This document shows positions 48,940 to 59,529 of a stretch of DNA of 64,000 nucleotides, piece after piece. Location of the stretch: NCBI GenBank assembly GCA_038231275.1, contig JBBRLQ010000028.1:32001-96000 (forward strand), written 5' to 3'. Within the stretch, counting starts at the first letter, position 1. The number at the start of each line of letters is the position of its first letter. Source of the stretch: Polyangiales bacterium. GTDB taxonomy: Bacteria > Myxococcota_A > Polyangia > Polyangiales > Polyangiaceae. A model generated the notes under the pieces. It was not told the origin of the DNA and did not search any database. It worked only from the letters and a program-made list of their open reading frames with translations. The translations under genes were made by a program, and so were the position numbers.

Positions 48940-50595
48940 GTGAGCGTCACCCTCGCCGCCCGCATCGGCGACCAAGTCGGGAGCCATTCGGGCGCGCTCG
49001 CCGGGCTCTTGACGGGGATCGCCGTCGGCCTCGCGATCGGGGTCGCGATCGCCGTGACCATCGGCACGGGCGGCCTCGCCGGTCCCGCGCTCATCGGCGC
49101 GTACATGGCGATGGCCGGCGGCGCCGTGAGCCTGGGCGCCGTCGGGGGCATGGCCGGCGCAAAGTTTGGCGGCACGTTCAAGAAGGCCAGCCCATGCGGC
49201 GCCATCTCGACGGGCTCATCGAACGTCTTCATCGAGGGCGAGAGGGCCGCGCGCCGGGGCGTCGACACCGCCAAGCACGGCGCGAAGAAGATCGCGCAAG
49301 GGAGCTCCGCCGTCTTCGTGAACGGGTACATGCTCGCGCGCGACCAGGACGGCGTGGAGTGCGGCGGCAAGATCGTCAGCCACTGCATCAACGTCTGGAT
49401 CGGCGGCGGAAGGGGCGGCGAAGAGGTCAGCGAGCTCCCCGGATGGGCGAAATGGCTCCCGGCGATCGCCTTGGCGGGCGGCGCGGTCGCGTTGGTCGGA
49501 GGCGTACTCGCGGCAGGTGTCGTCGCGACCGGCGTCATGTTCGGCGCGTCGATGGTGGGCGGCGCCGTCGGCAAGGCGGTGCTGGGCGCTGCGGGCCGCG
49601 GCATCGACGCGCTCGGCGGACGAACCGACGGGCGATGGGCGAGCTTACTGGGAACGGTCGGCGAGGTGGGCGGGGGCCTCTTCGGCGGCGTGAAGAGCGC
49701 ACGCGTCGCGACGCGCGCGGCCGAGTGGGCCGGCGATCTCTTCCCCGCGATGAACCAGCCGCTCCTCACGCGAGGCGCGGGCGTGCCGAGCCCGGCGGAT
49801 CTCTTGACCAGACCGATCGCCGAGCTTTCGCCGAGAGAGCTCGCGGAGAGCCCCGCCGAGCAGGCTCGCCTCTTTCGCGGCGCCCAGGACGCGCGCGATC
49901 GCATGCAGGCGGTGGCGGACGGGGTTCGCGAGAAGCTCGGCCTGCCCGAGACCACGCCGTCTGGCCGGCCCACCGCGGAGTCGATGCTCAAGCGCGACGG
50001 CGAGGCGGAGTTCTTGCGTGGCGTCGAGGAGAAGTGCGCGCGGAAGGGCTATGAGCGCATCGGACAGATGGACGACATGGTCCGCGGACGATTCAACGCG
50101 CCGGACCGCGCCGCGGTCGAGCAGATCGTGGGCGAGCTCCGCGCGTCGGGCTACGAGGTGAAGGAGGTGGTCGGTCCGCGCGTGAGCGATGGCGTCGAAA
50201 GCTACTCGCGCTACCACGTCGTCCTCCGCGACGCGGAGACCGGCCTCACCCACGAATGGCAAGTCGGCACCGACGCGACCACCAGCCTCTACGAGGACCA
50301 GGGCATTCGCATCCCCGACTCCCTCGCCGCCGCGCGCGACGCCGCCGGCAAGCACTTCAACGACGATTTGCACGACGTTTATTACGATCTGTTCAAGTCG
50401 GTGAACCAGCAGAACCCGGACATGGGGCAGCGTTACGGGCTGGGCGACTTCATCGGCCAGGTCGAGGGGGCTGCGCCGCGCGCCGGCCAGGGCGAGGCCG
50501 TCGACGTTGCGGGAATGCACGAGCGCGCCTCGGACATCCTGGCGCGCATGGACGCGGAGCAAGGTTCACAATGGATCCTCGGGTTCTTCCATTGA
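48940..50595 (+). CDS. prePAAR-TM-PAAR-TM effector with a C-terminal RelA/SpoT synthetase-like toxin domain
   Basis: AARIGDQVGSH; GSSNVFIEGERAAR, GSSAVFVNG, CGGKI..NVWIGG; C-terminal K..EK..DDMVRGR..YSRYH..EWQVGT. Confidence 0.8.
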   Translation: MSVTLAARIGDQVGSHSGALAGLLTGIAVGLAIGVAIAVTIGTGGLAGPALIGAYMAMAGGAVSLGAVGGMAGAKFGGTFKKASPCGAISTGSSNVFIEGERAARRGVDTAKHGAKKIAQGSSAVFVNGYMLARDQDGVECGGKIVSHCINVWIGGGRGGEEVSELPGWAKWLPAIALAGGAVALVGGVLAAGVVATGVMFGASMVGGAVGKAVLGAAGRGIDALGGRTDGRWASLLGTVGEVGGGLFGGVKSARVATRAAEWAGDLFPAMNQPLLTRGAGVPSPADLLTRPIAELSPRELAESPAEQARLFRGAQDARDRMQAVADGVREKLGLPETTPSGRPTAESMLKRDGEAEFLRGVEEKCARKGYERIGQMDDMVRGRFNAPDRAAVEQIVGELRASGYEVKEVVGPRVSDGVESYSRYHVVLRDAETGLTHEWQVGTDATTSLYEDQGIRIPDSLAAARDAAGKHFNDDLHDVYYDLFKSVNQQNPDMGQRYGLGDFIGQVEGAAPRAGQGEAVDVAGMHERASDILARMDAEQGSQWILGFFH

Positions 50596-50639
50596 GTGCA
50601 GCGAAGCGCAGCGGAGCGAAACGACTCCTGGCGGAGAGG

Positions 50640-50894
50640 ATGGGCACGAAGATGAGCTACCGAGTCTTGCAGAACGACCGCACCGCGGCCCTCGAGCGTG
50701 ATTGCCCCGAATGCGGAACGAAGATGAAGGGAACGGGAGACCTCTACTGGAACAACGCCGGCTGGTTCGTGGCGTTCTACTGCCCGCAGCACCGCGAGGT
50801 CTTTCCGACGTGGGCGCCGGAGTATGCGCATCTCGTCGACGAGCTCACGCGCGGCGTCGACCCGCAGACGCTCCCTACGAGGGGCGGCGGCTGA
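50640..50894 (+). CDS. Small Zn-ribbon protein, candidate immunity protein
   Basis: GGAGAGG RBS; CPEC..YCPQH. Confidence 0.6.
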   Translation: MGTKMSYRVLQNDRTAALERDCPECGTKMKGTGDLYWNNAGWFVAFYCPQHREVFPTWAPEYAHLVDELTRGVDPQTLPTRGGG

Positions 50895-50907
50895 AGACGA
50901 CGCTCCT

Positions 50908-52251
50908 TTACCGCGGCGGCGGCGGGGGAGGCAATTGGCCGACGCAGACGCCGACTTCCAGGAGGACGTAGAGGAGCGCCTTCTCTTGCGCGAGGAGGCC
51001 TGACGCGCTGTCGCCCTCGCAGTGGTAGCTGCTGAAGAGGACGCGGCCGCACTTCTGCTCGAAGCTGACGGTGGCGGGGAGGATTTGTCCGCCGATGTCG
51101 GAGGTCATCCAGACCTTGGGCGTGATCGTGACCGGCTTGCCGTCGGGATCGACGCCGGGCTGCGCGTGGACGCTGGCGATGCGCGACCAGCTCGCCTTGA
51201 GCTCGATGTCGTTCTCGCCGATCGCCTTCATCCAGCTGGAGAGGCCCGGGTCTTCGGCTTTGCCCGGCGTGTCTTCGGCACCCGCGCGGCATGCGGTGCC
51301 GAGGCCGTCCGACGTCTTGGTCAGCGGGTTCATCACGTAGTCGTACCAAGTGATAAACCCCGGCCACGTCTGGCGAACGGCCTCGTAGGAGTAGTCGGTG
51401 ACGTAGAGCTTGCCGCCGCTCTGCACGTAGGTGTCGAGCGCCTTCTTCTCGCCGTCGGTCGGCGTGCCGCACACGTTGCCTTGATCGGTCTGCTGGTAGC
51501 CCATCGCTGCGCAGGGCATGAGCGTGATGTGGTAGCCGGCGAGCTCGGCGGCGCTCTGCATGAGATCCATTCCGCTCTTTCCGGTCTTGATGCCGGGCCC
51601 GCTGCTCGGAAGCGGAGGAGGAGGATCGCCGTAGCGGTAGAAGTCCTGGATGCCGAGCTTGTTCATCGAGACTTCGATGTGATCGAAGCCGCCGAGGACC
51701 AGCGCGATCTTGGGGATCGTGTCGCCGGCGGGCGCGTCGGTCTTGCCGGGCAATCGCGTGAAGGTCGCCTGCACGGGCTGATCGCCGGTCGTGACGTCGA
51801 GCTGTCTGACGCGCCGGAACTGCCCTTTTTGAACGACGAGGTACTGCTTGCCGGTCGTGTACGCGCCGAGATCGAACGTGCCGTCCGCCTTCGAATACGC
51901 GTACGGCTGGAGCGCCGTGAGGTGGACGCACGTGTCGCAATACGCGCCCGGGGGGATCGTCTCGGGCGGATCGTTCGTGAGGTAGACGAGCGCACTACTG
52001 ATCGGGATCGTGCCCTCGGGGGCGACGACCTTGCCGTGGAGCCAGCCCACTGCGTTCGGGCGCGGCGTCGCGCTGGCGTCGTGCGACGTGTCGAACGTGC
52101 CGCCCTCGCCGCCGCTGCTCCCGCTGCTGCCCGGCCCGCCGCTTCCGGTGGCGTTCGGATCGAACCCCTTCTTCGACGACCCGCACGCGACGAGCGACGC
52201 AGCGGTGAGGAGTCCGAGCGCGGCCATCGACACGATCACGTTTCTCAGCAT
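50908..52251 (-). CDS. Lipoprotein with carboxypeptidase-regulatory-like domain
   Basis: Lipobox LVAC, GKVVAPEG..PISSALVY, QKGQFRR, GGKLYVTDYSY, CGRVLFSSYH. Confidence 0.8.
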   Translation of the reverse strand: MLRNVIVSMAALGLLTAASLVACGSSKKGFDPNATGSGGPGSSGSSGGEGGTFDTSHDASATPRPNAVGWLHGKVVAPEGTIPISSALVYLTNDPPETIPPGAYCDTCVHLTALQPYAYSKADGTFDLGAYTTGKQYLVVQKGQFRRVRQLDVTTGDQPVQATFTRLPGKTDAPAGDTIPKIALVLGGFDHIEVSMNKLGIQDFYRYGDPPPPLPSSGPGIKTGKSGMDLMQSAAELAGYHITLMPCAAMGYQQTDQGNVCGTPTDGEKKALDTYVQSGGKLYVTDYSYEAVRQTWPGFITWYDYVMNPLTKTSDGLGTACRAGAEDTPGKAEDPGLSSWMKAIGENDIELKASWSRIASVHAQPGVDPDGKPVTITPKVWMTSDIGGQILPATVSFEQKCGRVLFSSYHCEGDSASGLLAQEKALLYVLLEVGVCVGQLPPPPPPR

Positions 52252-52403
52252 GGGCCCCGATATGCACCCCGGATCTCGTGCGCGCCAAGCCCGTCCGTCA
52301 CGCGCGACGTGCGAGAGACGAGGTGTCGCGCGAGGGAGACACGCGCGTCCGCTCTCGACGGATGCAATCCACTCGCGACGGACGGAATCGGAATCGGAGT
52401 CGG

Positions 52404-53444
52404 TTACCCGAGCTTGTGTCCGGCCTTCGCCGCCCACCGTGCGGCCTTGGCGAGATCGGGCGCGTCGACGTCGCGCGGGATGTCCTCTGCGTCGCCGAGC
52501 ACGAGGCCGCGCAGCGCGGAGCCGAGGCCCGACTCGAGCGACGGCAGATCGTAGCCGCCCTCGAGCACGAGCAGCGCGCGCCCTTTCGCGTGCTTGTCGG
52601 CAATCGCGCCGAGCGCGCGCGCCATCCATCCGAACGCGTCGTCGCTCACGTCCATCTGCGCGAGCGGATCGCGCTCCGCCGGATCGAAGCCCGCGCTGAT
52701 CAGCACGAGCTCCGGCGCGAACTCGTCGAGCACCGGCAGGAGCACTCGCTCGAACGCGCCGCGGTAAATCGCGTCGCCGCCTCCGGCCGACAGCGGCACG
52801 TTCACCGTCGCGCCGCGCCCGTCGCCTTCGCCGATCTCGTTCACCGCGCCGCTGCCCGGATAGAACGGGTACTGGTGCGTCGACGCGTAGAGGACGGCCG
52901 GGTCGGAGTAGAACATCTCCTGCGTCCCGTTGCCGTGATGGACGTCCCAGTCGATCACGGCGACCCGTGAGATGCCGCGTGCGCGCGCGTGGGCGGCGGC
53001 GATCGCGACGTTGTTGAGCAGACAGAACCCCATAGCCTGTCCCGGACGCGCGTGGTGCCCGGGTGGTCGCACCAGCGCGAGCCCTCTCGTCGCGCGCCCC
53101 TCGAGGAGCGCGTCGACGAGCGAGATGACGCCGCCGGCCGCGAGCCGCGCCGCCGCCACGCTCCCGGGGACGACGTACGTGTCCGGGTCGAGGTAGGACT
53201 CCTGACCCCGCAGCGCCTCGAGCTGCGTCGTGTACGCCGCGTCGTGCACCCGCGCGATCTCGTCGGCCGTCGCCTCGCGCGCTGGGACCCGCTGCCACGC
53301 CACCTTTGGCTCGAGCGCCGCCGCCGCCGCGCGCGCCGCCACGAGCCGCTCCGGCCGCTCCGGGTGGTACGCGACCGGCGCGTGAAGATCGAAACGCGCG
53401 TCATCCAAGAGGAGCGCGGCGCTTTTCTCGTGCGGTTCGGGCAT
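52404..53444 (-). CDS. Histone deacetylase-family (Zn-dependent amidohydrolase) protein
   Basis: HPERPERL, RPPGHHA, GFCLLNN, DWDVHHGNGTQ, SAGFD, LEGGY. Confidence 0.95.
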   Translation of the reverse strand: MPEPHEKSAALLLDDARFDLHAPVAYHPERPERLVAARAAAAALEPKVAWQRVPAREATADEIARVHDAAYTTQLEALRGQESYLDPDTYVVPGSVAAARLAAGGVISLVDALLEGRATRGLALVRPPGHHARPGQAMGFCLLNNVAIAAAHARARGISRVAVIDWDVHHGNGTQEMFYSDPAVLYASTHQYPFYPGSGAVNEIGEGDGRGATVNVPLSAGGGDAIYRGAFERVLLPVLDEFAPELVLISAGFDPAERDPLAQMDVSDDAFGWMARALGAIADKHAKGRALLVLEGGYDLPSLESGLGSALRGLVLGDAEDIPRDVDAPDLAKAARWAAKAGHKLG

Positions 53445-53611
53445 GTCGAGGAAATTCAGACCAAAAAAACCAGAAGAAAGGCCAAAAAATGGCGCGGCGC
53501 GAAAATGAACGGACCCCGGCGAAGGGTTGCCGCATGGCGAGCACGGATGATAGCGTCTTTGCCGATCCGTGGCGTGGCTCCAAAGAGCGCGAACACGGAG
53601 CCCGTGCAAGT

Positions 53612-53627
53612 GGGCACCGTGCCTGCT
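53612..53627 (+). promoter_or_regulatory. Putative sigma-54 promoter
   Basis: GGGCACCGTGCCTGCT (GG-N10-GC), followed by a GGGAGG element and GTG 53654. Confidence 0.6.
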
Positions 53628-53653
53628 TGCCACCGCTGGGGAGGCGGGGAGCC

Positions 53654-55078
53654 GTGCGAAATAAGATCATCGCCGTCAACGCCGTCATCGTCATCATCCT
53701 CGGGCTGCTCTCTTTCGTCATCGTGAAGAGCACGCTGGCTGCGTCCGCGGGCAACCCCGCGCAGCTGAGCGCCCTCGCGAAGCACGACGCCCAGGGGGCC
53801 GCCGCGCGGTTCCAGCTGGACGGCCTCCGCGTCGAACGCTTCTTGGCCGGCAAGGCGAACGAAGCGGCCACGCTCGACGCCATCAACAAGAGCACCCCCA
53901 ACGCCCGCGGCGAAGCGGCGACGGCGCTCTGCGACCAGATCATGAGCGTCGCGAAGGGCCAGTTCGAAGGCGCCGTCCCGTCCCTCGTCACGCTCGTCGA
54001 CGCGAACGGCAAGATCGTCGGCCGAAACGGCTCCACGATGGGCCGCGGCGAAGATCTCGCGGCGGCGTATCCGGGCCTCAAGGACGCCCTCTCCAAGAGC
54101 AAGAGCGGCAGCGACGTCTGGTCGAACAAAGACCGCAACGATCAGTACCTCGCCTCGTACGTCCCCATCGTGGACGGCGGGCAGGTCAAGGGCGCGCTCA
54201 TCATGGGCACCACCTTGAACGACGAGCTCGCCCGCGTGAGCGACGCGACCACGGGCCGCCCGCTCGTCCTCGTCGTCTCCGTGAAGGACGATCTCGTCAT
54301 CGCCGCGCACTCCGCGAACGCCGAGCCGCTCACCGACGCGGTCACCAAGATCAAGGGCGACATCAAGGGCGCGATCACGAGCGGCCACACCGCCGCTGCA
54401 TCGAGCGACGGCCTGCCTCTCGGTGCCGCGCCCCTCGAGTCGCTCGGCGACGGCAAGCGCGGCGCGATCCTCGCTGCAGCGCCGACCTCGCTCATCCCCG
54501 ACGCAGGCGCGATCGCCTACCCGATCCTCGGCGTGATGGGACTCGGTCTCGTCCTCGTCATCATCGGCGGCTGGCTCCTCGGCAACTACATCCAGGGCCC
54601 GATCGCGACGCTCGAAGAGGGCCTCCTCACGATCTTGAACGGCCAGACCGACAAGCGCTTCGAGCTCGATCACGCGGAGCTCGGCGGCCTCGCGTTCCGC
54701 ATCGATCAGCTCCTGAACCAGCTCATGGGCATCGAGGAGGACACGACCGACGACGACGGCCGTCCCTCCACCGCGCCCACCGCGGCGAACTTCGCGGCCG
54801 CGATGGGCGTCGATCGCAGCGGCGGTGACGTCGATCCCGCGGCGGTCCAGGCGCTCGCCAGCGAGCCCGCGCAGGCTTACTACGGCCGCATCTACCGCGA
54901 GTACATCTCGGCGAAGCAGGCCATCGGCGAGGCGACCGACCACATCACCGAGCAGGCCTTCCACCAGAAGATCCAGGGCATGGAGAACGAGGCGAGCGCC
55001 AAGTTCGGCAAGCCCGTGCGCTACAAGGTTCAGCCCCAGGGGAAGGAAGTCGTCCTCCTGGCGATTCCACTCGGGTGA
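53654..55078 (+). CDS. Membrane protein with Cache-like sensor domain, HAMP-like linker and MXAN_5187-like C-terminus
   Basis: Two TMs flanking LVDANGKIVGR Cache-like region; C-terminal YREYISAK..GE..F..KI..VRYKV. Confidence 0.7.
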   Translation: MRNKIIAVNAVIVIILGLLSFVIVKSTLAASAGNPAQLSALAKHDAQGAAARFQLDGLRVERFLAGKANEAATLDAINKSTPNARGEAATALCDQIMSVAKGQFEGAVPSLVTLVDANGKIVGRNGSTMGRGEDLAAAYPGLKDALSKSKSGSDVWSNKDRNDQYLASYVPIVDGGQVKGALIMGTTLNDELARVSDATTGRPLVLVVSVKDDLVIAAHSANAEPLTDAVTKIKGDIKGAITSGHTAAASSDGLPLGAAPLESLGDGKRGAILAAAPTSLIPDAGAIAYPILGVMGLGLVLVIIGGWLLGNYIQGPIATLEEGLLTILNGQTDKRFELDHAELGGLAFRIDQLLNQLMGIEEDTTDDDGRPSTAPTAANFAAAMGVDRSGGDVDPAAVQALASEPAQAYYGRIYREYISAKQAIGEATDHITEQAFHQKIQGMENEASAKFGKPVRYKVQPQGKEVVLLAIPLG

Positions 55079-55158
55079 AGACGCGCGGGCGCTCGGTCCA
55101 CGAGGACTAGCGCCCCGCCGCCGAGTGGTTAGAAGGTTGGGACCGATTGGAGCGACGC

Positions 55159-55917
55159 ATGGGTTTGTTCGACTTGTTCAGAGGTAAGGGGGACAAGAAG
55201 ACCGAAGGGGCCGAAAAACGCGGGAAATCGAACCCCGCCGACAAATGGGCCCAGGCCGCGGGGGACAAGCGCGCCCAGAACTACGATCGCCAAGAGGCCA
55301 TCCAGGCCTTGGCCGACATGAAATCGCCGGAGGCGGCCGCCGCGCTCCTGAAGCGCTTCACGTTCAACCTCGATCCTTCGATCACCGATCAAGAGGAGAA
55401 GGACGTCGCCTTCCACGGCATCCTCGCGGCGGGGCAGGACGCCATCGCTCCGATTCGCACGTTCGCGGCCAAGGCCGACAGCGTCGCCATGGCGATGAAG
55501 CTCATGAAGGAGCTCCTCGAAGAAGAGGCGTTCGTCGACGAGCTCATCTTGTGGCTCGAGCGCTGGGACACCGAATACTCCAAGTTCATCGATCCGAAGA
55601 TCCAGCTTCTGGTGGCGCTCGGCGATCACAAGAGCCCCAAGATCCGCGAGGCGGTGGAGCCGTTCCTCACCGACGTGAACGAGACCGCCCGATACCACGC
55701 GGTGGTCACGACGCTGTCGCAGGAGGACGGTGCGTGCCTCGAGGCGCTCCTCACGACCCTCGCAGACGAAGAGAGCTTCCGGGTGAAGAACAAGATCTGC
55801 GACGGGATCGCCCTGCGCGGGTGGCTCGTGCCCGCCGACGAGAGGGATCGCGTTCGGAAGTCGCTGCCGCCGGATTACGTCATCGACGCGAATGGGAAGC
55901 TCACGTCGCGGGCGTGA
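55159..55917 (+). CDS. HEAT-repeat protein
   Basis: MGLFDLF N-terminus; helical repeats (AIQALA, PFLTDVNETAR, LADEES.RV). Confidence 0.75.
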   Translation: MGLFDLFRGKGDKKTEGAEKRGKSNPADKWAQAAGDKRAQNYDRQEAIQALADMKSPEAAAALLKRFTFNLDPSITDQEEKDVAFHGILAAGQDAIAPIRTFAAKADSVAMAMKLMKELLEEEAFVDELILWLERWDTEYSKFIDPKIQLLVALGDHKSPKIREAVEPFLTDVNETARYHAVVTTLSQEDGACLEALLTTLADEESFRVKNKICDGIALRGWLVPADERDRVRKSLPPDYVIDANGKLTSRA

Positions 55918-56016
55918 GCGTGGAGCGCGCGCTTCCTCACGCACGCGAGCACGGCGGCCAGTCCGATCACGTGGCGCCTCCGCCGGCGTGCCCGCCCGAG
56001 CGGACCGAAGAACTGA

Positions 56017-56841
56017 TCAGTTGCTGACTTGCGGCTTCGGGAAGGAGAAGCCGACCGACAGCGAGATCATCTGGTTGAACTTGAACGTTCGATCGTTGCT
56101 GTCGATCTTGCGATCGGGGAACTTGCCATTGTTGCCGCCGCCCTGCTGATCGAAACCGGCGCGGTTCCACGAGAACGGAAGCGCCCGGTACTCGACGCCG
56201 ATCGAAACGAGATCGCCCGTGTAGAAGTTCAGCCCGAGGCCGAACGTCGGCGCGATCGCGGTACGGGACGCGAGCGCGAAGGACGCCGGGTCCGAGCACT
56301 TGCCGTCTCCGCAATCCCCGCGCTCCTGAAGGCCGATGAACGCAAGGCCGGCGTGCAGGTACAGGTCGGTGTCGAGGAACACCTTCTGGAAGATGGCGAG
56401 CTTGCCGCGAAACGGGGCGAACTGCAGCTGCGGCGCCGCGACCCATTGCATTTTTGCCGTCTGATCAGGGAACGACTTGCCCACGTTCGTCGCCGTTCGC
56501 GAGTTGCGCGGCGCGGTCTGATCGATTTGATCGGTCAGGTCGGTCGTCGTGTTGATGACGCCGTACGCGCCCCACACGCCGACGCTGATCCAGTCCTTGA
56601 TGTTGTACTGCAGGCGCGCGCCCGTGAGGATCGTGCGGCGGTACTCGTCGAGGAGCGAGAAGGAGAGCGACGGCGCGACCTCGAAGCGGCCTTCGCGGTA
56701 CTGACGGAGCTTGCGCACGGCGGGGGCGCCGGCGAGCGGTCCGGTCAGCTGGATTTCTTGTGCCTGCGCGGGCGCCGCGGTGAAGACGCCACCCAACGCC
56801 ACGGCGACGCCGACGAGTACCGATGTTGCGAGCCTTCGCAT
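56017..56841 (-). CDS. Myxobacterial-type outer membrane beta-barrel (GltA/B/H-like)
   Basis: Signal peptide, AVRK..YREGRFEVAP.LSFSL.D, PFRGKLAIF, C-terminal VGFSFP; GGAGG upstream. Confidence 0.75.
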   Translation of the reverse strand: MRRLATSVLVGVAVALGGVFTAAPAQAQEIQLTGPLAGAPAVRKLRQYREGRFEVAPSLSFSLLDEYRRTILTGARLQYNIKDWISVGVWGAYGVINTTTDLTDQIDQTAPRNSRTATNVGKSFPDQTAKMQWVAAPQLQFAPFRGKLAIFQKVFLDTDLYLHAGLAFIGLQERGDCGDGKCSDPASFALASRTAIAPTFGLGLNFYTGDLVSIGVEYRALPFSWNRAGFDQQGGGNNGKFPDRKIDSNDRTFKFNQMISLSVGFSFPKPQVSN

Positions 56842-56891
56842 CGTGGAGGTCCTCTTGTCTTGACCGCACTTCAGCGGCTGAAGATGCGCCG

Positions 56892-57884
56892 TCATTTGGG
56901 CAACCGGTACTCCCAGCTGAACGGCAAGAAGATGCTGACGCCGAGCTGAGCTTGAATGTCGTTGGTGATGCGGTGCTCGCCGTACCAAGTGCCCTCGTCC
57001 TGCTGCTGCTGCTGCGTCGGGGCGACGGTCAGGTTCTCGAGGTGCTCGTTGTAGATGTAGTCGCGGACCTCGAGGTTCACGGCGAGCCAGCGCGTGATGA
57101 AGATACGCAAGCCCACGCCGACGTTGAAGTCGAGGAACGGCTTGTACTTGAACGCGCGGTTGTCGGGATCGATGACCGGGATCGGGCGCGAGAAGAGCGC
57201 GCCGAGACCGCCGGTGAGGTACGCGTCGTACTGGAAGATGAACTCGCCGAAGCCGGCGAACTTTCCGTACACGGGGACGTACGTGAAGTTCAGGTTGCCG
57301 GTGAGCAGGTACTCGTTGATCGGCACGCCGATGCGCGCCGCGCGGCGGTTCTGGAAGTTGAAGTCGCTGTCGACGTTGAGGCCGCCGTAGTAGGTGCCGT
57401 TGACGCCGATCGCGAGGACGTTGGAGATGTAGTAGTTCGCCGCGAGGCCCGGGCCCGGGTGGCTGACGAACTGATCGTTCAAGCTGAACGACCAGTACGG
57501 CGACAGCTCGATGCGGTGGTAGCGCAGCGCGTAGATCTGGGGGACCGCGTAGATCTCGGCGTTCAGCTTCTTGCCGGCTGCGGCCTTGATGTCCTCCTGC
57601 TTTGGGCAGGCGGAGGGATCGATCTCGCAGATGCCTCCCGTCGGAGCGCCTGTCGAGCCTGGGACGTCGGTCCCGCCTGGCGTCGCGCCCGGCGTCCCGG
57701 CCGGCGGATTCGCCGGGGGTTCGTCGAGCTCGATTTCCTGCGCGCCTCCCGCAGGGGCCGCGGGTGCAACCGGCGGCGGCGGCGGTTTGCCCCCGCCCTT
57801 GGGCTTCTTCGGTTGCGCGAACGCAACCGCAGGCAGCAACAGACACGCTGCTGTCATAGAGAGCCACCTTCGAGCCTGCTTCAT
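56892..57884 (-). CDS. Myxobacterial-type outer membrane beta-barrel (GltA/B-like)
   Basis: Signal peptide, AVPQIYALR.HRIELSP..FSLNDQF, PVYGKFA, GVGLRIF, GVSIFLPFSWEY. Confidence 0.78.
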   Translation of the reverse strand: MKQARRWLSMTAACLLLPAVAFAQPKKPKGGGKPPPPPVAPAAPAGGAQEIELDEPPANPPAGTPGATPGGTDVPGSTGAPTGGICEIDPSACPKQEDIKAAAGKKLNAEIYAVPQIYALRYHRIELSPYWSFSLNDQFVSHPGPGLAANYYISNVLAIGVNGTYYGGLNVDSDFNFQNRRAARIGVPINEYLLTGNLNFTYVPVYGKFAGFGEFIFQYDAYLTGGLGALFSRPIPVIDPDNRAFKYKPFLDFNVGVGLRIFITRWLAVNLEVRDYIYNEHLENLTVAPTQQQQQDEGTWYGEHRITNDIQAQLGVSIFLPFSWEYRLPK

Positions 57885-58056
57885 CGCAACCCCTTCTGGC
57901 ACACCGTCATGTGAGCACTTCTGGAGCAAGAGCCGGCCGGCCTTCCAAATGAGTCGGTCGAGGTTTCGTCGCGTCCGGTCGCTCGTGCGATCGGGTCGCG
58001 CCGGGAAGGTCGGGTACTGCGGGGTACTACGCGGGTAACTACAAACCCCAGGAACA

Positions 58057-58121
58057 ATTGGGAAATCAGGCTATCGACGCAAGCGCGCGCGACTATATCA
58101 CGCACGCAATTTCCCAATCAA
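58057..58121. promoter_or_regulatory. AT-rich regulatory region with a 10-bp inverted repeat and a minus-strand sigma-70-like promoter
   Basis: ATTGGGAAAT (58057-58066) / ATTTCCCAAT (58109-58118); minus strand TTGATT-N18-TATAGT. Confidence 0.45.
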
Positions 58122-58181
58122 TTCCTTTCGAAAGCACGCATTTTGCCGTCGGGCATCGTGCGGCATGAGCGCGGGAGCCGC

Positions 58182-59411
<1,230 letters not shown>

Positions 59412-59452
59412 TCCCGCTTTTGCTCCGGCCCCGCGCACTTAGGCGGCGTGCG

Positions 59453-59482
59453 ACTATAGGAAGTGCGTAGACCCTGCGTCAA
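59453..59482 (-). promoter_or_regulatory. Putative sigma-70 promoter of ftsY
   Basis: Minus strand TTGACG-N18-TATAGT. Confidence 0.6.
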
Positions 59483-59490
59483 TGACCGCA

Positions 59491-59529
59491 ATCAAGACGC
59501 ATCAAGACGCATCAAGACGCATCAAGACG
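59491..59529. repeat. 10-bp tandem repeat ATCAAGACGC (3.9 copies)
   Basis: Directly visible; the last copy overlaps the stop codon at 59522-59524. Confidence 0.95.

Noticed and set aside
45460..50900. Classical integrative element at the tRNA-His gene
   Set aside because: No integrase or transposase, and I saw no duplicated tRNA 3' end (att site). The foreign origin rests on gene type only.
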